Of a stretch of DNA of 64,000 nucleotides, positions 29,902-46,571 are shown piece after piece. Each line of letters starts with the position of its first letter. Positions within the stretch are counted from its first letter, which is position 1. The notes under the pieces were generated by a model. It worked only from the letters and a program-made list of their open reading frames with translations, had not been told where the DNA came from and did not search any database. The position numbers and the translations under genes are program-made. Source of the DNA: the human T2T-CHM13v2.0 reference genome, Homo sapiens; assembly GCF_009914755.1 (NCBI RefSeq), contig NC_060934.1; one strand, 5' to 3'.

Positions 29902-32900
29902 GAAGCACACTTTCCTGCTCACTTTCAATAGATACCACAAAGTTTGAAACTCTTCCAAGTATTAATTTTAAATTAAATTTACTCAGCTGCTTACTTCAGC
30001 TTTTAAAAGTAGGTTCTTGGTAATTTCGAAGATGCACTTTCCAAAGGGTGTTTATATAGTTGAAGGTCAGTCAGAGACCTAGGGATAGGTCCCTGCTTAT
30101 TCTTTTGAGCAGGCTTACGTGTTGGAAATCTCTAGAGAAATAGCTTTAGTTAGGTTACACTTCTCAGCAAATATTCAGTATTCCTCATCTCTAATAGCAG
30201 CATGACTGTTGTAGGGAAGGAATTTCCACAAATGGTTATGAAAAGTCTAAGTGTCTTAACTCCCAGACAAAGATAGAGAATTCTGTTAGTAAGATAAGTA
30301 TGGGACTGGAGAAGTCAGCTAACCTCTGCCCTTCCCCAATCGTGATATGCTCAGAGAAGTTAAGACTTCTTTCTGTGTGAGAAATACGGGATCTTTTCCA
30401 CTAGATCTTGCTTATTATCCAAGAAATTATCATTTCTAGTTTTAGAGAATGATGAAACTCATTTGTGCTTTGAAATATAACCTGTATACATGTGCACAGT
30501 AAGTCATTTAGCTATTTATTGTCAGACTCTGGGAGTTCATAGCAAACTTAGCAACATTCCATGTGCAAATTTGCATATTTTTCCCCCCATATCTTACCTA
30601 CTTGCCTTAGGCTGGGAGTCTATTTTCCTACAAAACTGGTAATTGCTCTTATCTCTGTGTCCTTCAGTGTGTTCCTCTGCTTATTGAATTCAGTTTTATG
30701 CATTTAGTCTTCTCTCCTAGTATAAGCTGCTCCTGATACTTTTAAATATGTATTTCAGAAGAGAGGTGCTCAGAATTGTTACTTAACAGAATCAGCATCT
30801 CCCTTTACTTGATGCCTTGTCCTGACCACAAGTACATTAATAAAGTGACCATTTAGCAGTGTTTCGGGTTCAGCTTTTAGGAACTTAGAAGCTGTGGTTT
30901 TCCATGAGTGCACTTCTGATGACTTGGGAACATTTCATATGTGTGTTCTTTCTGTGGCCAAGATGGTTTTGTTATTTCAGGGATGGAAAGATGCTTTGCC
31001 TGAATACTCCCATGCTAAGTGTATAGCAGTTGGTGCTTGGGGAATGGTACCAAGTGTACATATCTGGCAAGGCCAGGCTAGAAGGGAAAATGTAGACTCT
31101 TAAGCTTTTTGAGACGAACTTCTCAGATACTGGATCTCTTGACTCACATAGTGGAATTTTGGGGGAAGTATGTGGTTTGCTTTTTGTCTCCTAAGAAATG
31201 ATGATTCAGTTTCCTCAAACGTTTCTCACAGTCACTACTGGTTGCTTGGAATGGCTGTCTGGTTTTGTTGCTCAGTTCTTACTTCTTTAATGACCCAAGA
31301 GGATTTTCCCTTTGGGGTTGTGATGTGTTTTTGATGATAAACTTTAATGCTTTTGGAGGCTATAAAGACAATAGTATTTTCTTACCTGTTTACCTTGCAC
31401 TTTGAAGTTCTGTAGACTGTAATATGAAAGAAAATCAGATTAAATTAGCTTTGCTTTCTGGCTTTTCTTTTTTTGGTGGGGGGGCAGAAGCTGATAAGAA
31501 TAAATATACTAACTGAGTCTCTTCTGTATTTTAACTTCACTCCCTAGGCTGAGGCTTAGTCCTTAGAGTAACATTTGAACTGGGTAGAACAGATTTTTCT
31601 TTTCCTCAACAGCCCATTCCTGCTGTAAAGCTCAGATTTATGGTCCTTCTGGAAAAAGTATTGAGCGTTGAATAGTTCAGGAAAACAAATAACAAATTCT
31701 GTCTTCTTTGCAGGATTGTGGGGTAGAAGATTTTGATTTTTATTAGTATCTGGCCAAAGAATAAATATTAGGCAGGAACAATGAATTGATATCTAGTAGA
31801 GTGACGTGACTGGGCCCTGACTTTTAACACTTCCCAGGAAAGCTTCGTGGATGTCTTTTCCCTGCTGCGTGAATACCGGGTAGCCATTAAGTTTGGTGAT
31901 TGGGTGTCAGTAATATGTTAAGTCAGCTACTGGGTCATCTTTTAATAAAAGAAAAGGATGGGGAAGAGAATGGATTCTTAAGCAGTGTTGCCTGTCAGAA
32001 TCACCGGAGGGAGGTTTACAAAATACACATTCTGTACTCTGACCCTGTGGGTGGGGTATTCTGACCCAAGAAGATGATTCGTTCCAGGAATCATGCTTCT
32101 TGGATGATATTGATGTACCCCCACTGGCTTTATGGAAAGAATATTGAAGAAGAAGATAGATTCTCTTGGGGGCTGTGCCTCTAGTTTGAAACCAGGGAAG
32201 GCACATTTTGGTATTAGTCTGTGGCCTCAGTTTCTTCATCACTGCAATGAGATTGGACTATAGGTGGTCTCTAAGGTTCCTTCAGACAGTAGCATTTTAT
32301 GATTTTGAAGACAACTTTTCTGAAGTACTTTTCAAACTAATTTCTTTCCGTCTTTCTTTTGTAAGCAAATAAGTAGTATGAGTGTAAGTCTCTAGCTCAG
32401 AGAAGAATGAAGTTTGCAGTTCGAAAAGGCCATGCAATAGCAGTTCACTTCCCCAAAATGCTCAGCCCTTGTAGGATGCCGTTAGGTCATCTGGAAGTTC
32501 TGTATGCCTTCATTGGGAGCGTAGTGAAGATGAGAGCCTTTCCTTTGGCTCTTGGAGTAAACTAGCTGACAGGACTTTGAGAACTGTTGGTCTCCTGATT
32601 TGTGCCACTGATAGTTTGGCTCTGGAAAACTAGGCAGTGGAAAAAACAATGCATTTTAAACCAGAAGATTTGAGTCCTGGCTCCGCTATTTCCGAGCTTT
32701 GTGACCTGTAGGCCTCAATGTCTTCATCTGTGAAGGACAGGTTCAGCTCTGATGGCCTATGATGTGATGAACCTTGTGAACTTGTAGGCAGAGTGCCACG
32801 GTGTGCAGAGTCCAGTTACAGATAACCAGCCATTCTCTGCAGATTCAACCCACTGCCACTGTGTCTTGTTAAGCTTAAATAGGAGAGATGTGGGAGAGAG

Positions 32901-33263
32901 GAGGCAGAAACATCCTAGGATCTTGCAAAACAAAACTGTCAAAAGTATAGGCAATATCATAATTACTTTATTTGAATAAACGTTGAGTTCCTGCTGTGTT
33001 GAAGATGCTGTTTTAGGCAGTGTAGGAGATAGAAGACTTATATCCTCCTCCTAATTTGTATTCTTATCAGCACCTGGTACCATAGAGAGTTCATATATTA
33101 AAATTATTTGGTTGTTCTCCCTAACCAGAGTTGAATTCTTTCCTTCTAGGACAAATTAACTCATAATGCAATAGGCTAATGCAGTTTGGCCCTGAGTGAC
33201 TCTTGAGAAATACCCTGAGTTGAGGCACACTGGAAACGTGGCACATTAGAAATGCCAAGAAGA

Positions 33264-33678
<415 letters not shown>

Positions 33679-34296
33679 TTACTGTTTTGAACATTTCCTT
33701 GAGTGAATAACAGACTTACACTCAGGGCCCTAGGTCTCTGTTGTGGCCCAGCAAGCTGCATTCAGACAAGGAGGCAGTTTGAGAGGTACGAGTTGTTATG
33801 GAAGCCTGAGAAAACTGGTTTGTGTGCACTTCAGTTTTGACCATACAACCTTCACTCACTTAGCACTGTGCAGTAATCCACTGAGCAAAATTGCCACATT
33901 TTCCTTGGCAGGGAATCTGTGTGCCTGTGGCAGTTCAGAAATTATTTGTAGAGTGGGTCAGCCTGTCAGCAGGAATGTTTTTCTTTGATCTTCAGCCTGT
34001 TTTTCTTTAATGTGAGCAGAACAGTAAAGAGAGAATACATTGGAATATCTTGTTGGTTCCCCTGTTTGGCTTTACCTACAGCTCTTTGGTTTTCTTCTTT
34101 TAGGTCATACTTTCCCAATTAGTATGTAGGTATTTATGATGTTTTGAAGCCCAGAGCGATGGTTCCAATATCTTGTGGAATTCAGCTCTGAGTGTGAAGT
34201 CCTGACTTTGCCTCTTTCTATCAGTTTGACTGAGCAAGTCACTTAACCTTTCTTGACTTCAGTTTTCCCCATCTATAGAGTGATACTGCACACTGG

Positions 34297-34677
34297 TTTC
34301 TTTTCTTTTCTTTTTCCCCTTCCTTTCCTTTTCCTTTTTCTTTTCCTTCCCTCTCCCTCTCCTCCCTTTGCCTTTGCCTTTCCCTTTCCCTTTCCTGAGA
34401 TAGAGTCTCACTCTGCCGCCCAAGTTGTATTGGAGTGCAGTAGCATGCTCATAGCTCAATGCAGCATCAAATGCCTGGGCTCAAGTGATCCTCCTACCTT
34501 AGCCTGCCAAGTAGCTGGGACTACAGGAGTGTGCCACCATGCCTGCTGCTTTTTTGTTTGTTTGTTTTTTAAATTTTTTTGTAGGGATGGGATCTTGTTA
34601 TGTTGCTCAGGCTGGTCTTGAACTCCTGGCCTCAGGGGATCCTCCTGCCTTAGCCTCCCAAAGTGCTGGGATTACAA
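34297..34677 (-). mobile_element. AluJ whose tail has become a ~100-nt polypyrimidine (TTTCC/TTTGCC-type) tract (34297-34396)
   Basis: Alu body 34397-34677; the tract contains only 2 purines. Confidence 0.9.
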
Positions 34678-34864
34678 GTACTTTATAATGTGTAAATGGC
34701 CTGTACATTCTTAATCTAATAGCCTCATGAGGTTATAAAATACAAATAAAATAACATGAAAGCCATTTAGAGTTTTAAGGTGTATAATACCATGTATTCT
34801 CATTAATTAAATTTTAATAAATTTAAAAGATAAAATTATTTTTATAAAATAAATTTATTTTTAA

Positions 34865-35189
<325 letters not shown>

Positions 35190-35552
35190 TAAAAAGTTAA
35201 TACTTTTTAAGTGCTTCACTCTTTCCTGTGCATGTTGTCTTGGCCTCTTTTTCTAAATTAGTTTTATTCCCTCTGTAATCAGAGGGTCACCAAATCTTTG
35301 AGTTTTAGAGGGAAGAGAAAGTTTTTAGTGAAACAAGTGGGTGAACTCTGATCCCTGTAAAATAGTGCCTTCATACAGTAGGCACTCCAAAAATAATTGT
35401 TGAATGACTGAAACTCTTAAACAGCAGTAAGCATACGTATAGCAGAGACAACATTACAGAGTAGAGCTCTTTCTAGGTTGGCATGGTAGATAGCTCTGAG
35501 GGACTACCTGAATGGAGATGCCATTGCTTTTGAATAAAACAAATATACATGG

Positions 35553-35921
35553 TGTCTTAGTCCATTTTCTGCTGTGATAGCAGAATACCACAGATTGGGT
35601 AATTATAAACAATAGAAGTTTATTTGGCTCGTGGTTCTAGAGGCTGGGAAGTCCAAGAGCATGGCACTGATATCTGGTGAGGGCCTTCTTCTTGCTGAAT
35701 AATAACATGTCAGAAGGGCAAGTGAGCACGCGAGCTAGAGGGGATGGGCCAAGATGTCATCCTTTATCAGGAGCCCACTCCCAAGATAATGGCATTAATA
35801 TACTCATGAGGGCAGAACCCTCCTGATCTAAATCACCTCTTAAAGATCCCACCTCTCAACACTGTTACAATGGCAATTAAATTTCAACGTGAGTTTTAGG
35901 GGGGACATTCAAATCATAACA
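35553..35921 (-). mobile_element. MST-family MaLR LTR (MSTC/D-like)
   Basis: tgtcttagtccattttctgctg...ggctgggaagtccaagagcatggc...ggacattcaaatcataaca. Confidence 0.82.
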
Positions 35922-37611
35922 GGTAGTTAGCCCTGTTGAGTAATGGAGAAAGGATTGTATTAGTTCCAAGGAAAGATGCATCATCCAGTGTGGGTCTGGA
36001 AATATTTGCCAGATGGCTTTTCTCTTTTAGTAATATTCATTTGTGGAATGTTTCTTTAGGTATAAATTGGTGCTGAAGTAATTTGATAAGGAAAAAATAT
36101 CACTGCCTAATTGGTATTTGGTCACGAGCAGTACCAGTTCGTAAGATTTTTTTGGAGGTAGCAAGGGGTGGATAGTGCTACTATTGGAAGTTTGCTTATG
36201 GAATCTTTTGCTCTCTTGAAGTGATTTGGAGATTAAAAGAGTTTAGTATCATTGGGGATAGCTGTGGTCTACTGTCAGTTAGGAAGTAACTCATGACTAG
36301 ATATCCTGGGCTTATTACTTCAGCTCATATTCCTGACCTCACAAAAATGTTAAGAGAATAAATCGTAAGTATAAAAAGCACTGAGATTGTGTAGAGTGGA
36401 AAATAACATTAGTGTTAGCTCCCTCACTGTATTACACAACCACATTCTAAATTTAAGGAAGCCAGAAGTAAAATCACTCTGAAGCACTGCTTTTGAAACT
36501 GCAGATTATGATCCATTTAGAGGGACACAAAATCAGTTTAGTATATCAAGTGTTAAAGAAGGAAGAAATAGAAATGTGAGTACATTACAAGTAATAAGGT
36601 GCTAAGTATTATTTTGGAAACTTTTGGTTTTATATGTTTCTGTTTCTACATGTATTAGATTGTGTTGTAAAAGACATTTCTTTGGGACTGTATTTTACAA
36701 CACAGTCTCATACACGTAGACTCTAATACACATATTGAAACAGTTTGAAACTCAGTGGTCTAACAAGTAGCATACCCCAAATTTACAATATTTGTAGCCT
36801 TCTGCTGTTGGGTACATTCATGAAAAGGTCTTGCATCCTTAAAGTGAAGGCTGAAAGAGTTTTATGTCATTGGGGCGAGTGGGCTACCAAGCTCCCATAA
36901 ATTCTAGGAGCTGCCTTTTGTCTAACGATTAGGATTATTGAGTACTATTTTGATGCCTTTTGGGTATCATCTGAAATGTAATCATTGAATTGGAAATGGA
37001 ATAAACAAGAGAAAGGCTAGTTTACTCATTATTTGACAATAGCTCTTTAAAGTAGTTAATATTATGAATATTCCTACTACTAAGGTTTATAAGAGTTTGT
37101 TTTTTTCTTTAATGTTATACTTTAAAAAGTATTATTCATTCACTGGGCAAATAATTTTTTTTTTTCTAGAGGAATACCTTTCCAATTTTATAACAGTGAA
37201 GGAAGGAATGTTTTACTTATAGAAACTGTACTGAAACTACTGTTCTATTAAGCAAGGGTTGGAGATAAGCACCCCTGTCCCCCTTCCCTGCCCAGGCACA
37301 CACATATACAGATACAGCTTATTTTATGACTGTATTGTTCTTGTGTTTCTTCTTCTAGATAAAGACATAAAGATTGATGAAATAATTTACCTGGAGTTGC
37401 ACAGTAAGCTAGTGGCCTTTGTGGATGACCATTCATAGTTCATATATTTCCAGAGACACAATACATTGATAAAATTGAAATAAACAGAAGCCTAAGAATT
37501 ATAAGTATATATTCAGAGATATATAGACAAAAAAGTACTGTTATAAGTAGAAAGACATAGTGGGAATAGTAATTATAATCACATGAACTTCTGTGCCATC
37601 TCTATCTAGAT

Positions 37612-37823
37612 CAGGGGTGTCCAGTCTTTTGGCTGTCCTGGGCCACATTGGAAGAAGAATAATTGTCTTGGGCCACACATAAAATATACTAATGATAGCT
37701 GATGAGCTTAAAAAAAAATAAAAATTGCAAAAAAAAAAAGTCTCATGATGTTTTAAGAAAGTTTACAAATTTGTTTTGGGCTACATTCAGAGCTGTCCTG
37801 GACTGCATGTTGGACAAGGTTGA
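37612..37823. mobile_element. MER30 (hAT)
   Basis: caggggtgtccagtcttttggc...gggccacattggaagaagaa...ttggacaaggttg; flanked by tctagat on both sides. Confidence 0.85.
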
Positions 37824-39131
37824 TCTAGATGTTTATCTGTAGTCATGACCTAACTATATAATTTTAGTATGTTATACATGGTACCATGTATCCAGGGTAG
37901 ATCCTGCCAAGAACATAAATTGTGAAAAGAAAACTCTTGGGATGCTGCTGGATTGTAATGTGTTACTCCTCTGCCCATGAATACTGAAAATCAAGATTTG
38001 AAAGGGTACTGAATACTGAGTCAAAAGGCATGCGTTCCTAGACTTCACTTAATCACAAGCATGTCTGTATGAGCGTAGTCATGTCATTTCACTTTGGGGT
38101 CTCTGCTTGTAAAATGAAAATGTTAGACTTGATCTTCCAGGTTCCCTTCAGCTCTTACATTCTGTGCTTCCCAAGGGCTAGAGTATTGCATCAGGACCCA
38201 GCCTGGGGTTTGTGCTGTTTTCAAGGTCCTAAGGAACTGCATCATCCTTTAGTCCAAGGAGATAGGATACCTTATGCCACAGAGCCCAATAATTCAGTGA
38301 GCTGTGAGTGTTGTGAGTTGCATCTACATTGGGGACTGAGCCTAGGTTGTTTGTAGTAACACTAGGAGGACCTTAGAATGATGCCAGGAGATGTAATTTC
38401 TGTGATCAACTAGTTGACTACTCAAAAAGCTTGTCAGGACCCATCCAACTACAGTGTCATTCTGTCTTTGGTGTTAAAGAATTTAGATTTATCTCCTTTT
38501 AAAGGACCTCCTTTGAATTTAAGAATTGCCATTATCTTCATAAGAATCAAAACAAATACAAAGAAAATATATTCTTGCTGAATGTAATTTTTAAATGTTA
38601 GTGAGGAATGTCTTTATATCTTAATTTTAAGGCTTTTAAAAATTAGTTTGCATTTGCTGGTTCTTTGCTGTCACCCTAATACTGGTTATGTTACTTTTTT
38701 GCTCAGTGCTGTGAATTGTTCATAATATCTATAGTCATCTTTTGACATTGGTAACTTCTGTTTTCTGGGTGAATTAGGAATTAGTATCACCAGAAGAAAA
38801 GCTAATCTGAATAATTGTTCTTTCATCATCTCGTTCATGCACAGTATTTAACCATCTGGTTTGACCACAACTTTCACACTAGACGAGTCTTTATAATGAT
38901 AGAAATCATGACATACTTTTGATGATAGACTCCTCTGGTCTTTCCCAGGTTTTGGCTGGTATTGCCATTGCTTTGGATTGAGGTTGTTGATGCAACAGTG
39001 GGCTCTGGGGAATGGCCACCAAGAACTGTTGGGGAATTGCAGATAAACTGTCTCCATGGGTAGCCCTCCAGGGAACTTAGTAGTTGTCTAATGTTAATTA
39101 CCTTATACCACAGTCTAATTACTAAGAGTAT

Positions 39132-39517
39132 TGTCTGAGTCCATTCAGGCTGCTATAACAAAATGCCATAAACGTGGTGGCATATAAACAAAAGTCCATT
39201 TCTCTCAGTTCTGGAGGCCAGGAAGCCCAAGAGCAAGGCAACAGCAGATATGGTGCCTGATGAGGCCCACTTCCTGGAAGGTGGCCTTCATAAAAGTGGT
39301 TCATAGAAAATGTCTTCTCACTGTATCTTCACATGGTAGAAGGGGCAAATTTGCTCTCTGGGGGTCTCTTTTATAAAGTCACTAATCTTATTCACGAGGC
39401 CTCTGCCTTCATGATCTAATGACCCCCCAAAGGCTCCCTCTTCCTCCTACCATCAGCTTGAGGGTTAGATTTCAACATATGAATTTTTGGGGGATGTAAA
39501 CATTCAGTCCATTGCAG
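39132..39517 (-). mobile_element. MLT1A-like MaLR LTR
   Basis: tgtctgagtccattcaggctgctataacaaaatgcc...aacattcagtccattgca. Confidence 0.82.
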
Positions 39518-40210
39518 GTATAAATGTTTTCAACAAGCATTTGTTGAGTATCTGTCCTTTTTCTAAGCTTTCATGTTCCTACTAGAACACTGGATGTGGA
39601 TATCCAATAGGAATATATTTAAGTCAGTATCATTATCTTTTTCTCAAAACATCTTCTACCTTTTTTACCTTCCCTTCCTCTTCTAGTCTTACCATAGTTA
39701 ATACTGATATTAACTGTTAACATCATAGTTAACCAGTCTGTCGAACTTGAACTTGAAAATTTTGAATGATCTATACCCACACCCGAAAAAATTACTCACA
39801 TACTTAAAAATCCATGCCTTTTGTTTTGTTTTATTGCTGTTGTTTGTAATTTACTTATTTTTACCTGATACTATGTTCTGGAAATTTTTCTACGTAGTTC
39901 ATGTAGATCTGTCTTCTTCTTAATGTTTCATGGTATGGGTACATAAAATGCACGTATTATAGTTTATTTAACCATTCTTCTGTGGGTGGACATTTACATT
40001 ATTTTTTCCCTTTTGTTAGAGAATACTGAAATGAATATCCTTGAACATGTTTATTTGTATACATGTGCAAAGTATGCAGATGCCAAAAAGTGAGATTGCT
40101 AGGTCAAAACGAACATGCGTTTAAAATGTTGATAGATACCAACAAATTGCTTTACAAAAGTTCCTATCAGTTTGTATATCAGTTTTTCTAAGTCCTTTTT
40201 AAACATGGAC

Positions 40211-40598
40211 TGGATTAGCCCGTTCTTGCATTGTTGTTAAGAAATACCTGAGTCTGGGTAATTTATAAAGAAAAGAGGGTTAATTGGCTCATGGTTCTGC
40301 ATATTTGTACAAACATGGCTTCAACATCTGCTTCCGGTGAGACCTCAGGAAGCTTACAATCATGGCGGAAGGCAAAACTTGAGCAGGCACGTCACATGGC
40401 AAGAGTGAGAGCAAGAAAGAGAGTGGGGGGAGGTCCTAGGCTTATAAACAACCGGATCTCACCTGAACTAACTGAGCAAGAACTCATTCATGAAAGATGC
40501 ACCCCCGTGATCCAGTCATCTCCCACCAGACCTCATCTCCAATGTCGGGAATCACATTTCAACATGAGATTTGGAGGATAGGCATCCAAACCATATCA
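40211..40598 (-). mobile_element. MSTA-like solo LTR
   Basis: MSTA text (caggaagcttacaatcatggcggaaggc); 5-bp TSD TGGAC at 40206 and 40599. Confidence 0.88.
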
Positions 40599-41562
40599 TG
40601 GACCTAGCATACTTCTCCCAGCCTCACGTCTCTGATTTAAGTGTTCACTCATTTACTTGGGCACTGTTACTTGGGCACTGTCAGCCCCTGTCCATGTTTG
40701 TATTCAGTATAAATTGTGTGCCGGGCACTCTGCCACATGTTGGGGATTTAGTACTGGATGAGACAGAAATGGTCCCTGCCATCATGTAGCTTACACTTTG
40801 CCACATAGAACTTTTGCCATATGCAGACTCTTTTTATGCATTTGCAGCTACTATCCTCTCTTTCTGGTATGACTTTTTTCCTTTTAACTTTTCTACCTAG
40901 AGAATTTTCTTTCATCCTTTTAACCAGCTTAAATTTTGCCCTCTGTCATTATCTTTATCCCTTCAGAGTTAGATAGTCCTTCCTCAGTGCTCCATCTTGG
41001 CACTCATATGCTTTTTGTGGCTATTCCCCTGAGAAGTTTTCGTGATTTGTTTGTATATGTATGTGCCTGTGTGTGTGTGTGTGTGTGGACACACATCTAC
41101 ATCTTGCATATTAGATTGTAAACTCAGTATAGACTTGGAACTATGATATGTACCTGAACACTTCCCCAGCTTACTGCCTTCAACCCTGGAGATGCTTAAT
41201 CAATGTTGATTAAGTGAATGAATAGTAAACTATAAAATGACCTTAGTTTGTACAGGGCATTGTAGGGGATTGTAGATATGAATAGAACTGGTCTGTCTTC
41301 AAGAACTTAACCATATAGTCAGGGAGATAAGAAACAGATGAGTAGACTGCAAGGCAGGTTGTGATAAGCTCTGTATAGGACTTATCAAAAATGAGTACTG
41401 GAGGAGAATTTAAAGGGAGAGAGGAATTCTCGTGAATGAGATACTCTGGTAAGTTTACAGAGGACAGGTTTTTTCTTGCTCGTACCAGGTGTTGTGAGGA
41501 ATACACATGATGGTAAGATATGGTTGCTGACTGAGAGATTATAGTCAAGTAAGGCCTTAGAG

Positions 41563-41888
41563 CAGGCATTGGTAAATTGTGGCCTGCAAGCCAAATCTGG
41601 CTCTTGCCTGCTTTTATATGGTCCTTGTGCTAAGAATGATTTTTACATTTTAAAAATTGTTAAAGAATATTTTATGAACATGAAAATTATATGAAATTCA
41701 AGTTTTGGTGTCCGTAATTACATTGTGTTGGAACACAGCCATGTTCCTTTGTTTACACAATAACTGACTATATTTGTACTCCAGCAGCAGAGATGAGTAG
41801 TTGTAAAGGAGAATGTTTGCTTTGCAACACTTAAAATATAAAATAATTTAGTATCAAGCTCATTACAGAACCAGTTTGCTGACTACTG
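41563..41888. mobile_element. MER58B (hAT)
   Basis: ggtaaattgtggcctgcaagccaaatctggc...ttggaacacagccatg...agtttgctgactactg. Confidence 0.8.
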
Positions 41889-42282
41889 GGGTAGAGAATA
41901 GGAAAGATTCAAATAGAGAAGAGAAATGACATTGATATTGGGGGTATTAGTGTGAGTTAAGAGAGTGGGACAGTGATTCTAGCAGTCATATAGAAATTTT
42001 AGGGCTGAAGTGACGATCTAGCTTAACCCTCTTACTGTATAAAATAGGCACAAGATTGAAAATAGTCTCAAAGTCCACTAGCTGTTAAGTGGCAGTGGAG
42101 TGCTGCTGGAGTGACTGGTACAGAAGCCTTGAGGGCTGTAGATGATAATAAGATTATTGCTGAAGAAGGGCAAGATCCGGAATGACCTTGCCCTTGAAAA
42201 ATGAGAGTTGAAGTACAAACTAAGAACAGACTTCTTTTCTCTCTCTAAATGTAATGTTTTTATTTTTCACTTGTATTTCTAG

Positions 42283-42477
<195 letters not shown>

Positions 42478-42505
42478 TAGTGGTGTGTCACTAGCCTCAA
42501 ACTAA

Positions 42506-42847
<342 letters not shown>

Positions 42848-44926
42848 CTGGTTTGGTTCTTATTTTTAAAATCTGTTTAAATGTAAAGCAGTACTTTGTC
42901 TTCTGATTGGTCAAGTTATAACAGGACTCTTGTATAACTAATACTCCTTACATTGATTTTTTTTGGATTTGTAGTTCACGTAAAAACGCCTCAGAATTAG
43001 TCATTGTAAGGATCCACAGAAATCTCAGTATGGTTTAAACCTTTGGTACCAGTTTCTTCCCTAGAACATAATTATGTCACCTGGAGTTCCCAGAGCAGGA
43101 ATTTATTGCTTTCATTTTGTGCTATCCTTTTCAGTAAAGATTAGGTGAAATTGGAACAGCACTTACATGGTGACCATTTGAGTGCTTGCTATGTGCCAGG
43201 CACTGCCATCAGGCTGTGGGGATATCTGCACAAGTAGTACAGGATCTCTCTCCTCTTGGAGTTGAACTGGTATCAGGGGATCGTATACTTTGAGCTTCCT
43301 AGAAGTGACTCAGTGCCAGATCAACATGGGGAAGAAGAGGCCACTTCTCAGGGTGCAGAAGATGAGCAGTCTCAGTGATCTGCTTCTGAATCTTCCACCT
43401 TTGCTTAGGATTAAGCCCCTCTCCTGCCCACCCACCTTTTTCCCGCCTAGAAACCTGGTTGTGTGTTACCTTCTTATGAGTTATTTTCCTCTGCAGTCTG
43501 TGCTTGGTGAGTGTTGTTAGTACCTAAACACAAGTAGTGGATTTGGTGCTGGATGTTCTATAACACTCCCCTGCACCTTTTCCCCACTCTTAGTAGGGTA
43601 TGGGAGTTAACTTCCTTGGGATAAGAAAACAGTAACATTGAAGATAATCATTAGCTGTTTCTCATTTGCTTGAAATTTCCCCACCACTTTGCTTCCCTGA
43701 TAACACCTGTTTAAAAGGGCTCTTTAATGTGTTTTTTCTGCTTTTCTTCTCTTGTTCAAGGAAAGTCAATTTAGAAGCCAGATTCCATTTTTATCTCTTT
43801 ACCCTGCAAATAGCTTCTTAGCCATTTATGGCGCAGTAAACATTGCAAAACCTGACAACCAAGAAGCAAGTTCCAACTGCTTAGAGTTTTTAAATTAAAG
43901 TGGAAATGAGACCTGACTCTCCTGTGTAAATCTGTAGCTCACTCCAGCTTTAAAAACCTTGTCCTCAGTTGCTGCTCCTAGTCCTTGCAAGATTTTCTGA
44001 TAAACTCTAAGAAATTAGACTGGCCGGCCCTTCCGCTGCATCTGCTCAATGGTTTGGATATGGATGTAGCTTGTGTCCTTCTGCTCTTGCTTATTCCTTT
44101 CCTAGGAAGTATTCAATTCAGTGAGTAAGGGGCCCATTTCAGAGGATTCTGAGGGGTAGCAAGAAATATACTTTCTTTTTATTTTTTAACTTTTCATTAA
44201 AAAAAAATCAGTCTCTGCTTATCCTTCTATTATAATAAAATATATACAACATAAAATTTACCACTTTAACCATTTTTAAGTGTACAGTTAGTCCTGTGGC
44301 AGTAAGTACGTTCACATTATTGTACAGGCATCACTATTACCAGAACTTTTTCATCACCCCACTGGAACTCCATTTTAATAAACATCAAATAATAACTGCC
44401 CATTACTCTCTCCCGCATCCCCTGGAAACCACCATTTATTGTATCGCCTTGTTTTACAAATGTACTACAATTCAAAGGTGGTACATTTATGAAATAAGGC
44501 TAAGCTTAGAGATCTGAGATTTATATTTTACTTGCTATGATTAATATTAATTTTAGGTATTCTTTTTAAAACAAATTTTAAAATTAATTGGCAAATAAAC
44601 ATTGTTTATATTTATCATGTACAACATATGTTTTGAAATATGTATACATTGTGAAATGGGTAAATTGAGCTAATTAACATGCATTACCTCCCATATTTTT
44701 CTTTTTTTGTGGTTAGGTATTTACTTCTGTTTTCAGTTCTGCAGCTCACTATGCCATACATTTTGCTTAGCTAATAGTAGAGACACAGCCATCTTAGGTT
44801 CTGATACTTATCTGCTTTTAGTGGTCAAAAAGGAATATGCTGGCCTCTGAGAGGCCAATTTTCCATGAGAAAATTGTTAGTCGTAGTATACTGATGAGAT
44901 ATGCCATCTAAATCCTTGTGGGCTGA

Positions 44927-45256
<330 letters not shown>

Positions 45257-46245
45257 TGAGTTATTTTGTTTCTAAAGATACAAAACAAAAGCAGTACATA
45301 TTCACTATGGAAAAGTTGGACAATATGGGTATATAATAAGAACAAAATTAAAATCTTACTACTGAAGGATACCACTATTGTATTTCTCTGTTTCTATATC
45401 TGAATCCAGTTTGAACCATACAAAATGTAATTTTGTAAAAAAAAAATCGTCAAATGTTGACAATTTTATACAATTTAGCACATACACACACAGCACACTT
45501 TCATTTGGTAATTTCCAACTTGAATTTTAGACACAGATAAGAATGTCTTCCCTCCAGAGATCAGGGATAATTTTGATAGAATATTCATTTTTTTTAGCAC
45601 TTGCTCACTTGCCATGTGTTGCTGAACAATCAAGTTATTTTTAGTTACACTGCACTAAAGGAGTCTGAAGTCTGGACTAGTGATGAATTTTGCTGATCTT
45701 CCAACACTGAATCCCTCTTGAGGGAAGAGAGTATTTCTGGAACAAAGGATGGAGCCTGGGGTAGAGGAGAAGTGGGCAGCGGCATGAACTGTGCTGGGGT
45801 TAGCAGCCTCTTCCTTAATTCTGCCTCTGTGATTATCAGCTCACAGTTTATTACTTTTACTTTAATGCTGATTTTAACTGTGGGTTGTCCATAATTCATC
45901 AACAGAAATCAGCTTTATGTCATGGAGGAAATGATAAACTCTCAGTTTCTTGTTGTGTCACCTTGGGTGACACCCTTAAGCTCTCTTAGCCCATTTCCTT
46001 GCAATAAAATGGACATCATAATAGCTGCTTTACCTAGTCATGGGTAATATGAGGACTGAATGGCATCTTTTGCATGAGTGGAATTTGTAAACTGTTAAGA
46101 ACCATGCATTGTTCTTACACTGGCATTTTCTATTTTGTTAAACTTAAAATTCTTTTTTTAAAGTAACAAATAAAAATTGTATGTTTATGATGTACAACAT
46201 GAAGTTTTCAAATGTGTAAGTTGTGGAATGGCTCAATCAAACTAA

Positions 46246-46571
<326 letters not shown>

